Assembly (NCBI RefSeq): GCF_009914755.1
Contig: NC_060930.1
Reading direction: 5' to 3' (one strand)
Source: the human T2T-CHM13v2.0 reference genome, Homo sapiens
Length of the DNA: 64,000 nucleotides
Below, in pieces: positions 1 through 14,712 of the stretch; the stretch's first letter is position 1; each line of letters starts with the position of its first letter. Under the pieces are notes generated by a model, which did not search any database, was not told the origin of the DNA, and worked only from the letters and a program-made list of their open reading frames with translations. The translations under genes and the position numbers were made by a program.

Positions 1-3000
1 GAAATCATGACGGTCTTGAAGCAAACACAGAGCCCATTTTTCTTAACTGAGCTTGTTTTTGTATTTCAGTGTACTCGAGATTGAAGCACCGTAACTTGAC
101 GTTTAATAGCCTCATAAAACTGTGATGTTAATTGGCTTTCCACCAATCCACTGTTTTGGAACATCGTGGAAAGTGCTGAATTCTTATTTATTTAGTGAGA
201 CTTTTATTGCTACAGGAAGACAACCCATTTTATCTTTACTTTTTCAAATATTAGAGGTAGTATGAGGGAGTGAATACCTTACAGCAAACACTGTACTAAT
301 GGAAACATTGCTGTTATCTTCATTACTTACAAATTTTTCAGATTGTTCTAGAATTTTTATTGCTTTTTTTTTAACTTCCAAGTTTGTTATACTTTCCATA
401 ATTTATCTAAACTTATCCTGTCCTTTATTTCTATTTCTGTAAACTTCAAAACCGGAGAGTGGTCCTGTCTTGAGGACCTATTTGGTGAAACCATCTATTC
501 CACATCACATTAAAACATTTGCAGAACTTATTCATTAGTACTAGGATACTTTTAAGTGGGCCAGCTTTCTTGTGGCACTGGGGGACTCATGCTGCTTTCT
601 GAATTAGTAATTAACTGTCATGAATTGTACACATGTGCAGGTATCTGAAGCTGTTCTAAGGTAACTCAAATTCTGTAGTCTGTGGCTTGGGAGAGACTTT
701 TCATGCTTTGTTAATAACTAAACCAAGATAAATAGATGTTCTTAGGTGGCGAGCAGCTGAACCTTTTTGACAGTTTTGACTCCTTCCTTGACTGAGTTTG
801 CATATTCTTATTGTGGATCACGCCGACTGGCTCTCAGCTGCGTCCTGTTGCAGTGGCCAGGAGGGACGCTGGTGTCCCTTGAGCATGTGTGGGTGGCTTG
901 CTGTTTGCATGGTGTGGGCTGAAGCCCAGCTCTCGTTTCGTGGTCACTGGCACAAATGATGGTGCTTTACAGTATTTTTCTTTCCTTGCACTCATCTGGC
1001 AGTGTGATCTTTGTGTTCATTGTTCTCATCCTCTGTCTCATCACTCTGCAGACATTTCAGTGAGTGCCTGCTGTGTGCCGGGCACCCTTGCAGGGAAGCT
1101 TGTTATCATTGCTGTTGTCATTCTGTCTTCAACAGAATATAATCTTGACTCAGGTTTTCTATTTTTATCTGTCCTGCCTTAGCAGCAGGTGGTCCCCAAA
1201 TTGTGGTTGGGAGCCATTTTGTTCCTCTTCAGAGGATTCACAGATGGGAGGCTGCAGCTCCACACGCCCACCCCAGCGACTGTGGGCAGGGGCCAGCATG
1301 GCCAAGAGCTGCCTCCTCATCCTGGTGGTTCCCAGATGGAGAGATAGCCTTTGCCGTCTTCCTGTGGGTAGATTCTCGTGCCCACCTGACAAGGTGCTCC
1401 TGCCTCATGGGACCAGCCTGAGTTGGTCCTTTTGCTCATCGGGTGCCACAAAGGGGAACACAACCACACATGGAGACTGCCCATAGGAAGCACAATACTG
1501 TCCAGTCCCACGGCTGGTATTTATAGCCAGCAAAGAGCTATTCAGCAGACCCTCTGTCCATTCTCTTCCTGTCCTTCTTTTTTTTTTTTTTTTTCTTTCC
1601 TCTTGATATATAGACTAGGCTGATTTTAGATTCTGCTGGAATAAAGTGGCTGTCAGTCAACATCTGGGGGACGCCGGCATTTCCATCTCGTCTTAAGCTT
1701 CCTTGCCAGATGGAAGTCGCTGACACTGAAGATGGCACTAGAAGGGAAGGTGGGAACTTGAGGCTCCTTCTGGTCTGTCTGGAGGTGCTGGTCTCCAAGG
1801 AGCGTGGAGGGAGAGTGTGGGAGGAAAGGATTTCACAAGCTTCTGGACTGATCGACTGCCAACTCTCACTTAAGAGTAAAAGGAAAGAAGTGAATGAGTC
1901 ATTTCAATGGTGGCTGCAGGAGGTGATCAATGTATGTGCATCTATACCAACAAGCTTGTTTGGCCTCCACGAAGGAAAGGACTGAAATTACTTTTAACAA
2001 TAATACTTCCTTTTCCGTTTGTTTTCCCTTGAAGTCCGAGCTGTAATACCACTCTAGGTTTGAAGATACTTTCAGTGTTCCCAGCAGAGCACAGCCCACA
2101 AGCCCAGGAGAAATGAGGACAGAGACAGGAGGAGGCAACTGGGGATAACAAAGTGAAGGCAAAGGAGGGAGAAGCTGCTGCCTCACTTTCCTCTTCCACC
2201 AGCAGATTCTAAATTAACCCTTGGCATGGTTGAAGCCCATTTGGTCTTAAGTGAGATGTTCCCATGTGGATAAACAGCAATAAAGTTCATCTCCTTCAAG
2301 ACCCAAAAGGGCCTTTATTGGAAGGTGTAAAGATTGATTTAAAGCTGGAAACAAAATGTACAGAAACTGTGAGGGAGAAAACGTTTTTGATTCAAAGCAT
2401 ACAGAAACTGTGAGGGGAAAGATGTTTTTCTGACCCCTCATCATTGTGGATGAGGCAAGAGGGAATTCTCTCACTTAGGTGTTAGTTGCAGTGAACAGAT
2501 CCTGCTCTGACTCAGTTTCAGCAGGAAACAGCTTTTACTAAGAGAGACTGAAAGCTCATGGTTCCCTCAGAATAGATGGAGAACAGGTTTTAGGCTGAAG
2601 TTCAGGAGTGATCCCCAGAAAACTGGCCCCAAGCTCAGCGCCCACTTTGCCCCGAGCCAGCCCACCCCTGCCCCACCTGCCCCGCAAAGAGCATGTGCTC
2701 TGCCCCCGCCCTGCGCCCACGAAGCCCACGTGTGCTTCCCGGATCCCACTCAGTAGCTGCCGATCCGACTCCTGAGGGCCAGGTGGGGAGTCCCTAATCG
2801 CGAGGGAGGTTGGGACATGAAGTGTGTCTGGTGCCTGTATTGGAAAAGTAGGACTCACAATGTCAGGGGCTATTAAAATGTGTAGGAGGTGTGGAAGGAT
2901 TAGGGGCAGCTACACATTTAGTTGTCCCTATTGGCAAATACAGCACAGAAATTCCTAACAATAGGAGTTAATGGTAAAAGTTTAATTAAAAATGCAGAAA

Positions 3001-4048
3001 TTATTTGTGACTAATTACTGAAGATGCGTTGCGTTGTAACTCCATCTTCTGAGAACCTGAGGTTGTCTGTGTCCCTCTTCTGCCTCTGTGCTTTTATTCT
3101 CCAAGGTTGGCTACTTCTCCAGTGTCTGATGTGTACCCCTAACATTGTCTGTGACACGGTGGCAAGATTCTGTGAGATTAGGCAATTAAGAGAGGAATAA
3201 TTTAAAAATGATTCATCTAATTCTTCATCAGGCCATAATCTCTTACAAAGAGAATATCAGATTTTTATGTTTTGTGTTTCTACTTGACAGAGCTTTTGAA
3301 ACATTCTTTCAGTCCCTCCGAAAGAGAAACAGCCATTTTTTTTTTTTAATAAATCTCACATTTAGCATGCCTGTTGTAGCATGGATTTACATAAACCTTT
3401 TTCTGAGTTTTATAGAGGAGTATATGAAGTTTATTTTTTTCAAATTTGGCCATTCTTTAAAAAAGAAAAAAGTATTTTTGTTTGATATATAAACCTTTAT
3501 TGTCCTGAAAAGCAAGCAAAATAAAACAAATTATCCCCAGGGTAAAGCTCGTATTGGTGCGTCAGTGAAATTGTAGCTGTCATGGTACTAAAATTGATGT
3601 AGAAAGCTGTAATGTGACATTATAGTTTTCACTCTTGTTAAGGTTTTTACTTACGAACAGTGCTTCCTTTTTGAACATTCAGAATCCTAAATGAAATATA
3701 TAAAAAATTTGGAATATATAAACTAACATCTGAGATGCTGGTTTTGAAAGTAGTTGAAACTTACTGAAAAGTACTCAACTATTTCACTTTTTTGATGTGC
3801 CCTTTGAATTTTGCCTAAACCTACAGGCTGTTTGCAAACCAAAGCAGGATTATTTGTGCGCATGGTCACGGAAAATAACCAGGAACTTTAATTAGTTTTT
3901 CTGCAGTTCCTTGGCAACAAAAGATGAGTGAAAAACTTCTCCTTTTTATTTTTTTATTTTTTGACCTGTGTAAATAGTTCCTTAAATACTTTTCTCCACT
4001 GAGTTTCATGTTTTTATTTTTATGTATTTACTTTTTATTATTCTGCAG

Positions 4049-4098
4049 GGAGTTAAATACCTGTGCATCCCAGCAGCGGATTCACCATCTCAAAACCT
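4049..4098 (+). CDS. DUSP22: DUSP22 coding exon (exon 4), GVKYLCIPAADSPSQNL
   Basis: Polypyrimidine tract and ttctgcAG acceptor, 50-bp exon, GTAAGT donor. Translation matches DUSP22/JSP1, including the general-acid Asp loop (AADSP). Confidence 0.96.
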
Positions 4099-4440
4099 GT
4101 AAGTTTCTTTTTTCTGTATTATTTGGAGACATTTAAAAAAATGAATAGAGGATGGTAAAGTCAGAGAAGTAGAAGACTGTGAAGTTGTCAGAGCTCACGG
4201 GACCCTTGCTGACCCTGCCAGGGAAGAGGCTGTGAGCCTACAGAGGCCAACGCTAGGCAGGCTGGGATGAGCTGTGGCAGGAGGCTCCTTGTGGTTGACT
4301 GGTCCTTCCATTATGCAGAGAGACTCATGGGCTGTCCACAAGAAGGGTCCGATGTTTACAAAGGATACCTTAAACCTTTAGTATGCTCATCTTTCCTCTA
4401 GAAATAAAACCGTGAAGGATTTGTTGGGTTCTGTCTAAAG

Positions 4441-4760
4441 CAGCGCTGTCCAATAGAAATAGATAGTGAGCCACAAATGGGCAGTTTTAAATTTTCTAGG
4501 AGCCACATTTTAAACAGCAAACAGAAACAGGCAACATTAATTCTAATAATATATTTTACTTAATCCAGTGTATCTAAAATATTATTTTGATATGTACTCA
4601 ATATAAAAAATTAATGAGCAAGTTTATGTCCTTCTTTCATACGAAGTCTGGGGGCTCTGGCGTGCTGTTTCATACTTGGCACATCTCCGTTCAGACCAGC
4701 TGTGTTTCCAGGGCTTGAGAACCCCAGGAGGCTGGCGGCTGCCTTATGGGGCAGCATGCT
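4441..4760. mobile_element. hAT-Charlie MITE, MER33/MER3-like
   Basis: Starts cagcgctgtccaatagaaat...gagccaca, AT-rich core, ends ...gggcagcatgct; resembles the MER33 consensus. Confidence 0.7.
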
Positions 4761-6561
4761 GGCTAAAGCCTGGCGGAGTGGAATGAATAGGTCGTTGTGG
4801 CTTAGGAAAGTCCAGTCCTCTATTTCTTCATAGCAGAATAAACCTTTGATGTTATTTTAACTCTGCACCTATAGAGAGATTCATAATTGTTCCCTTTTCC
4901 ATATTGAAGAAATCCCGTGGAGACAGATAGGATTAGGTTTTGGCAAGATAAGGGATAGGGCTCTGGGGACCCGTGGCAGCTACAGCTTTAGCAGTCCGTC
5001 TTGGCTGTATAGAAGGGACCTGGAAATATCATGATGTGGAGTAGATTACAGTTTTCCTGAAGCACACATCTGACTTGTGCAGGCTGAAAGGCTGGGGCTG
5101 GAAGTAAAGTACTTAGCATCCCATGCCACTGAGTCTGGCCTCTGATTCTCAGGTTGGCCCAGTGCTATATGCCACAGGTCAAAGACACAGCAACCCTCCT
5201 AGAACTGTGTGTTACTGCATGTCACAGGGAAGTTGTAGGCTGTGGTGAAGTTTGTGAATTTGGGAGTCCTCAGGCTCGTCTGGATTCCCCTTTTATGCCC
5301 CAAGCACTGGTGCACGCACACCCTATGGATCAGGAGTGCAGACCATGTGCCCCAATGTTCAGGACCCTAGGTGTGCCACCACTCTGGGAGTTATTGAACG
5401 CTGGCCATCAGCCGACCTTGAGCCTTCACTGGGGCAGAGCAGAGAAATCACAGGTTATGCGATAATTTTGTGAGATCTACCTTTTTGGGAAAAAAAATAG
5501 AGCTGGAGTAAGATGGGTTGACATGGGAAAAGTGAGGTGGTAGATCAGGAGGGGAACGGGAGGTGGGAAGCTGGAGCCACTGTGTGCTCCCCAGGGGCTG
5601 TGTTTCCACATGCACTCTTGATATTTCACAGAAAGGTGAACGTTTAAGATTGAGGATGGTGGAGGGGGGATTTTCCTAGGAAAACAGAGTAGCACTCTAG
5701 GCCTGGAAGGAGGAGAAGCAGCATTAGAGAACTTCCTTGGTTACTAGTCGTGTCAAGAAACAGAAGTGGTTGGAAGGCATGGTGCACACGGAAGGAAGTG
5801 AGCCACTGCCTTTCTCTGAAGACCATAGCAATCTTCTGCCCATGTTTTGGTGGCTATTTTTAGAATGGTTGCTTTGCTCTTATCTCAAACCGAGATTCTG
5901 ACATGCTGTTGAACTTGTCAGTACCTGATTGGCAATTTGATTCTTTAGAAGAAAAACTCAGATGTGACCCACTCTGGGCTCTGGACATCTGCTGTCAGTG
6001 CAGGTGGCTACCTGTCCTTGAGCTGTCCCCAGTGCTTCTCAGCTTTGCTAGGAGCTGAGTGCTCTCTTGTCTGTGACAGTGACCTGATTTAAGCGTGGAG
6101 TGACCCCTTGCACTATAGACAAGTAAGTAGTAGGCGTAGATGTTAGAAAATCTCAACTGTAAAGCCAGTTACACCTACCTTGGGCAGGTCATTTTAACCC
6201 ATCTACACCTCCATTCTCCCATCTGAAAATGCCTGCCCTCAGGGTTTTTGGAGGCAAGGGCATGTATGTGAAGGTGTTTTCTGCGAACTCTGAGCACTTG
6301 TAAAACTGAGTCTGTTTTCACTCAGCGTATATTAATGTATCTTGAGAGTTACAGAAAAGGTAGTTGCAATAACAAGTTTTGGTGCCCAGGAAGCCTGCTT
6401 CAGTTACTTGAGAGACCTGCTGACATGGAGGGACAGGGGAGACAGAGATATGCCAGCTTCTTCTCTGAGTTCTAGGTCTCGTGGGTCAGTTCAGATCATC
6501 TGTCAAAACCAGCCTAATTCCAGTCACCTTTGGTGCTGAAGGACTAGCCCATACTTTTTCT

Positions 6562-6720
6562 TTTTAAAATACGTATAGATTTAGGGGTTGCAGGTGCAAT
6601 TTTGTTACATGGATATAAGGCTTAATGGCAAAGTCTGGACTTTTAGCGCATCCGTCACCCGAATAGTGAACGTTTTACTCTTTAAGCAATTTTTCACCCC
6701 TCACCTCCTCCTACCCTTTT
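6562..6720 (-). mobile_element. L1 3'-end fragment (L1PB/L1MA-like)
   Basis: caggtgcaattttgttacatggatata...tcacccgaatagtgaac matches the antisense L1 3' UTR pattern. Confidence 0.6.
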
Positions 6721-9700
6721 AATTAGTTCTCTCCTATCTCAAATATGTGAAGAGGTCCTGTTAAGTTTATGGTTTGCTTTTGTAACTCTTTCTTTGGCTG
6801 GATGACTGGCTCTTGGCCTTTGATGTATCTGGATGACAAAGAGTTACAAAGGCAAACTATAAACGTGGGTGGGCTTAGGGGTTAGGTAGGTGTGGCAGTG
6901 CCGTGTCTGGGGCTTGTGAGTGGAGGATGCGCCGTGCTGCACTCTCCAGTGAAGCTACGACAGTAAGACTTCTGTTTCAGCTGAAAAAGGAAGTCAGGAC
7001 CGTAGCTCATGAAAAGGTGGGGAAAAGTGGACACTCTGCTGTTGGGAGTCATGCTCTTGTGTGATTTTTGGGGGAAACGTTTATTTTTAACCCATTAGTA
7101 ACAGCAAATCTTGTGAATAAGTAAGGCTTCGACACACATATGTCCATGACTGTAAATATTGCTTGCTGTACTAAAGTTATGTGGAAATGGTGGAGCTGAC
7201 TTCGGAACTTTGAGTGACTCAGCTTGTTAAGAGGCAGGCGATGAAATAGCTTGAGTTTCTTTTTACCTGTTACAAGTGTTCTACTGGAAGGCATAGTGTA
7301 CTTTTTAATGGTGAGCATATTTTCACCATGTAATCAAATGATTCCCCTCAAGTTGGCAGGCAGAACACCTACCTCTCTCGGGGTATTTATTAAGGTGTTT
7401 ATTACCAAGTATCAGGTGCTGACAATCAACTTTTGCTTTCTGTATCATCAACCAATGAGGATGGTCAGACGACAAATATTCGTATTTCTCTAGTTAACAA
7501 AAGCAAAAGAAGTCTTACCTGTCACTTGGAAACTGTGTTCTGCAGGACCTAAACAATTTGAAATAGTAGCTCTTTAGCCACTTAAAAAATTCTCGGTGCT
7601 TCAGAGTTTCTCTATTCAATGATAAAATAAATTCTGGAAAACTATGTTGCTCATTGTTTTAAACTTAAGTACAGATTTTAAAAATGAATGCCAGCTTTGA
7701 TGTAATTTAACACTCTATATCTTAAATTTTTCCCCACAAATCCCTGCACGAACAGGAATTCTGGCAAGTTATGCTTAGTAAGAGATGTGTGACCTTTGAG
7801 ACTAGCTGTTGTCACTTGACATTCAGTTGCTGCAGACTGCCCGGAAAGGTCAGTTTTCTGTCTTGGCCTCTATCCTCTCAAATCTCCCTCTCTGATCTTC
7901 CAGGAACTTAAAATGCAGAAACCTAGTTTGAGATAACATTAACATGTTAGAATTTCAGCTCAGTTCCCCAACCAGCTAGCCTTGCCAAGTCAGGAAATGT
8001 AAAAGTTCAAGTTCTCAGAGTTGTAATAACCCCACAGACCTACTGTGGTGTGTTTTGCATGATTTTGTCATGATTAGAGGCGTCCTAGAGTTTGTATCAA
8101 ATGCACACACTGCGTGTTCCCCAAGTGGCCAGCGTGGTATGGGTTAGTGAATTAAGGGCTTTGGAAATACTCACTTGCTTTTGCTTTCTCTCTGGGATTT
8201 CTTAGAAAAGTCATTTTAACCTCTCTTCTCTCATCTGTAAAATGCCTATCTCACAGGGTTTTTTATAGTATTAGGTGAGATGATATAAGTGAAAGTGTTT
8301 TTTATGAACACTAGGCATTTCTGGAAATATGATTATATTTTCTGTCTATTCAAGTAAAGAGTATTAATATGTTTTGAAAGTGAATGGTTAGATGCATATT
8401 AACTTATATTTACTCATCTTGCTTTAATATATATTACATTGGCATTTTGTACTTTGACATCATGAAGCAAGTAATTACAGATTTTTTTTTTCTTTTTCTG
8501 TGAAGTCCAAGGGCATTTGATCTCTGCCAGGCTATGGAGTCGGTATACATCATTGCAGTAGCGCCTTTGTGACATTCAGTGGTTTTAGAATCTAGCAGGT
8601 CTGTAAATTTCTTGAGGTTTTTGTGGGGAGAAGAAGCTTTAGCAATACAGAGAGCCTATATTGAAAACATCGGTAAAACGTCCTTGCCTTATTCTATCTC
8701 CCTATCTTTTTGTCTATATTTTCTTTAACTGACACCTTCTGTACTTTCAACTCTCTTTTTCTCTCATTTACGTTTTTCTTTTATTTTATTATACAGGAGC
8801 ACTTTTGCAAGATGAGAGCTAGTTGGGCCCTTGGACTACTGTGGTCCTGCTTCCAGACAGTTCCTGAGGGCTCTGCCAGCCCATAGTGATGTTCTCCTGC
8901 TCAAGGAGAAAATGAGAGCTGAAAGTGGCATTCAGTTTTCCATAAGACTTCATTTATTCCACTTAAAAGAACTATCGTTTAGTCTTAGATTATGTCCTTC
9001 TTTTTGTTGTTGAAATATTCTTCTGGGAAATGATGTTGTAGTAAGTGGTAGAGAGGCCCTTTGTTTTAGTTTGCTTTTAAAAAGCCCTTATCTGGCCAAA
9101 TGAAAAGTACAATATATGCATCCCCCAATTCTATTTTTAATGTTGACAGTGCGTGAAATATCAAAGTTGGGGAATCACTGATACAAACGTGGGCTGGTTT
9201 TGTGTGTAATGCTGTGTGCTGATAGGGCAGCTCCACCATGTCTGTCTGATGAGGAACATTCTTCCCACTTACCTCTGGGTGGACTGGGGGCTTCACCATC
9301 AGCCTTCCAGCTGGAAAGCGTGCTGGGGCAGGGCCTGTGGGTTGGGGGCCGTGGACAGATTTCTGCCCGAAGAGGAAGCAGCTCTCTGTTATGAAACCAC
9401 CTTCCAGAGCCTGGACCCAGATAGAATACTCTACTCATTTGCTATTAGAAAACAAGCAAAAACTTTTTTTTCTAAGCAAAAACATACATATTTACATATG
9501 TAATGTATAAAAATATAGATTTCTTATATATAAGGATGCTTGCCTTTTTTGGATTTGTCCTTTGCTTTCATTTGCACATACACTTTTGTATCATTTGCAG
9601 GAAGGAGGAGCACCCTGTGTCCCTGTGGCCTTGCTGCTGTTATAGCGTGGTCTGGTACCATGGGCTTTTAGGGTAGGGCCAGCTGCCATTCAAGGTGCTC

Positions 9701-11245
9701 AGCCAGATCTCTGGGCTCCCACTCCAACAGGCAAAGTCCTTTTGAGCAGGACAGGACCATCTTAGATCCTACAGTGGGGATTGAGGCCTCCAAATCTTGC
9801 AGTCCTGGAGTGAGAAGTAGTTGTTCAGCCTCAAAAGTGAACACCATGTAGTGTGATGTACAAGCTCATCCACCATCTTTTCTTAGACTCTCTGAAGGTC
9901 GGTAGAGCCCATCTGGGCACTGGCTCTTGGCCTTTGATGCAGAAAGGAAGGGACCCAGGCAGAGGGTGCTGGTCTGTGACGAGGGAGGGAGACAGCTGCG
10001 GGTGACTGGGCAGTTTGCGAGTCCCCTCTCCCTGGAGGTGCCCCTGCTGCAAGGACCGCGGGCAGGAGCGGGCATGATAGCCCCGGGCGCTGTTTGGTGA
10101 GTTTCTAACGCAAGCGTGGTCCGGTCCGTGCTTCCTTGTGCAGCATTCGCTGGCTCTCTGTGGACTGAGCCTATTCCACACGGCTGTGCGTGGACGTAAA
10201 GGTGAACTGCCGATGAAACGGAGAGCAGGAACAGGGAACTTGTGTTCATCGAAACAGCTTGCGGTAGGATAGTGCTTCAGACTCGCACTTCTGCTTCTAA
10301 CTGCAGTTGAGCAATAGAAGGACCAGGACTGTGGGTATTTCCCACTGTGGAGGAGGGAGTTTAATGACCAGAGTTGGGGCTTCTGTCATCAGCTTCCCTG
10401 GAAATAACACCCCCACACACAGTCCTGCACCAAAGTGGCAGTGCGCTCGCCTGCCTCTGGGCTTTTCTTGGAAAAGGCATTTCTAGGAATATCTCTCTGG
10501 CTTGGCCTTGTGCCGAATTGTGTCCATGAGTCAAGCTGCACTGTGGGGCTCTGAGCGGCCGCCTTGTTGGCATCCTTCCGGCTCCTGGGGTGGCGCCGCG
10601 AATGGCCCTATCATGATGCCTGCACAAGGGCTACGCAGCCCAGGCCCCCAACATGGTGGTGGATAGGAGCTATGTCCTGTGGGCTCTACTGGACTTAACT
10701 CTTACTACAGACGGAAAGAGCTACCGGGGGGTGGTGGTGCAGAGTGGGGTCACCTCTCCATAACCTCCTCAGCTCCTTCACACGCCCACTCGGCTCTCTG
10801 GGCACGGATGGGTTTGGATGGTGCCAGGCTGAGCACACTCCCCTCTTGTATTTTGAGATGTGGCAAGGCTGACTCTTGAACCCAGGTTCAACCCCACAAT
10901 ATGTAAGAAGCCCGGTTTCATTGTGTCTGTGGTTGGGGACGTGCAGATGTCAAAGTGAGATATAAGAAGTGGTCCCCACTCCAAGGTTTCAGTGAAGGGA
11001 TTCAGTTGTCATCTTTACAAGACCTTGGTGAGGTTCGTACAACTGAATGTGACCCCAATCCTGTCCCCACTCAGATGGGCAGCTGCTAACTTTCATGTTG
11101 CTGTGTGGTCTTTGCAGTGTGTTCTGACGTGCTCTGTGGTTTTTCATTTACTCAGGCGGTCGTCATTCATTTCTAGATTTGCTTTTGCTTTTTTGGCTGC
11201 TCTGCGTACAGACACGGCTCTTTCTGACCAGAAAGAGACCCACAC

Positions 11246-12445
11246 AGAACAGACCAGCGTGGGCACAGCAGTCAGGGACAGCGTCTTGGCACCCTTGGGG
11301 GGCCACAGCAGCGTGAGCAGCCTGGAGGACCAAGGAGGGTGCCGTCCAGCTGCACCCCTGCAGCCAGCCAGTCAGCTGCCCCAGCCTGTGCACTGGCCTG
11401 TCTACTGCAGCCTGCAAGGAGGGCAGGCACCCGGTGTAAACCACCAGGCAAGTTGCAGACCAGCAGTCTGGAGCCACTTCTGGGCCAGATGAGTTGGCTC
11501 AAGGTTTCAAACATTTTTGAACTAGTTGCTGATATCAGGTAGCATGAATTTGGCCATGAGTGGCAGAATACCGTGTTTGACTGACACATGGCATTCTAAG
11601 GGAGAGAGACACTTGGCAGCAGGTGGTGCAGCTCTGAGCATGGCACTTGCTCCCAGCTCCATGGCCGGAGGTCAGGGGCAGAGATAGATCACTTTCCTCT
11701 CTTCGGGAAGGGAAAGGTTTTCCAGAAGTCCCTACCCACAGCCTTTCCATTGCTTCAACATGGACAGAGCTGCAGGAAGACAGGATGTCCTTCCCAAACA
11801 AAATCAGTGCGGCTGACATGTCTTGTCCGGTTCCATTATCTCCAGGCCAGCAGACTTCTCTGCCAACCGCAGACGGCTAGTTGTGCTGAAGGTGTGGGGA
11901 GCTCCCAGCTGGCTACCCAGCTCTTTGCTGGGGGCCAGGCTCCTGCCCAACAAGGCTCCCTTCGTGCCCCACTCTGCTGTATACTTGGCTTTGTGGCCTG
12001 GCTGTAATGGGTGTCTGCTCTGGAGTGTCCTTCGGCACTGATACCTTAGATTTCGGGATTACAGCAGGAATCCTTTCTTGCCTGCTGTGTACCAAGCCAC
12101 CTTATTACATCTGGGTGCAGGTATTCTGCTACTCATGGCCAAATTCATGCTACCTGATATCAGCAACTAGTTCAACAATGTTTAAAACCTTGAGCCAACT
12201 CATCTGGCCCAGAAGTGGCTCCAGACTGCTGGTCTGCAACTTGCCTGGTGGTTTACACCGGGTGCCTGCCCTCCTTGCAGGCCACAGTAGACAGGCCAGT
12301 GCACAGGCTGGGGCAGCTGACTGGCTGGCTGCAGGGGGGCAGCTGGACGGCACCCTCCTTGGTCTCCCAGTCTGCTCACGCTGCTGTGGCCCCCAAGGGT
12401 GCCAAGACGCTGTCCCTGCCTGCAGTGCCCACTCTGGTCTGTTCT
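11246..12445. repeat. Inverted duplication: arms 11246-11572 and 12120-12445, ~547-bp spacer
   Basis: Arms are reverse complements (roughly 94-95% identical by eye); ORFs 11339..11542(+) and 12150..12353(-) give nearly identical peptides. Confidence 0.97.
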
Positions 12446-12589
12446 TATTTACATCTGGGGGCAGTTATCCCTGGGAAAGTTAACAAAAGCAGATGTGCTA
12501 GTTAGAGATGTCAGGTCAGAGTCCGGAGTCCTTGATTTGGTCCCCTAGGGATTTGTGCTTGTGGTGACCCTTGCAGTTGTTGCAGAACA

Positions 12590-12665
12590 TGTGTGTGCAT
12601 GTTTGCGTGTGCATGTTTGCGTGTGCATGTTTGCATGTGCATGTTTGCATGTGGATGCATGCACA
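12590..12665. repeat. Short 14-bp tandem repeat (gtgtgcatgtttgc)n
   Basis: About four degenerate copies. Confidence 0.85.
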
Positions 12666-13222
12666 TGGACAGTTGCTGCTGTTCCCTGGCTGTCCTCATC
12701 TCACTGAGCACCTGCCGTGAGGTCGCTGAGTTTCTTCTGCAGTCAGTACCTGGGTGAGTTTGTTAGGCCGTGCCTGAATTTCTCATTCTTATTACATTCA
12801 TGTGCCCTGGCATTCTGAATGTCTTACAGTTTATCAGAGTCCCTGGCAAATTGTCAGTACTCAGTCAGTGTTTAAAGAGAAGTCAGTTTAGTCCATGGGC
12901 AACTTTTGCTGTTTTATAAGCCATTCAAAGGTAGAAGACGTTGGAGAGGTACATGTGCTATCCATCCCGAGGTGTCAGCACTTAACCCACAAACCAGTCC
13001 AGAATGAGGTCTGAGTGGCAGGGGACACACATGCTGGTTGGGAGCGCACCACAGTGGGGCTCGAGTCCTGCCTGGCTTTGTGCCTCAGGGACTTGGCACA
13101 AGGCCGTGCAACCAGGCACTCCCTGAACGGTTAGGGGGCTGAATGAGTGACAAGAGAAAAGGGCAGTCTGAAAAACTAAAGAGTTAGAAGAAGAAAGGAT
13201 TAAGGCACGCGTCATCATTTAG

Positions 13223-13538
<316 letters not shown>

Positions 13539-14141
13539 ATTTAGGACTTCAGAGTTTGCAGAGCATATTGGCATGTATTACCTCATCTGCCCTGTGAGAT
13601 ACCAGCCCCACTTTATAAATGAGAAGATAAATGGCTTGTCCTGGGCCACACGGTCCAGTAAATGGCAAAGAGGGATTGGAGCCAGAATTTCCATTTCCCC
13701 ACAGCTCTCCACTGAGCTGCAGACAGGACTGCCAAAGTCCCGGGAGACCAGTTTGAGAGAATGCTTTTAGATTTTCCAGATTGCCAGGAGTAAATCAGCT
13801 TTTAGGACTTGGAAAGCCCACACGACGTGGTCACCTTCCTCACCTGCGTCACGGTGGCCTGCACCATCCACAGCTGGTGTGAGGGTTCCTGCTGTGCTGC
13901 TGGGGCATTGAGGGGCTCCGATTGAACATGGGGGGCGCCGTCCAGAACTTCCCTCAACCCCAGTCTGTGGTAACTATGTGTTTCAGGGATTTCTTACAGA
14001 GAAATTCCAAAACTTCCAGACAACCCACAGCCTTCCCTAGACCTCAGCATTGTAAATAATGGATTCTGAGGCTGAGACAGCTCCAGCCACAGACAGTATG
14101 ACCAGGTTTTGATGGTATGGGACTAGGAGAGCTTTCAGTAA

Positions 14142-14712
<571 letters not shown>

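Noticed and set aside
11246-12445. Inverted arms as the terminal inverted repeats of a DNA transposon
   Set aside because: The direct repeat brackets only arm 2, not the whole unit, and the spacer shows no transposase remnant.
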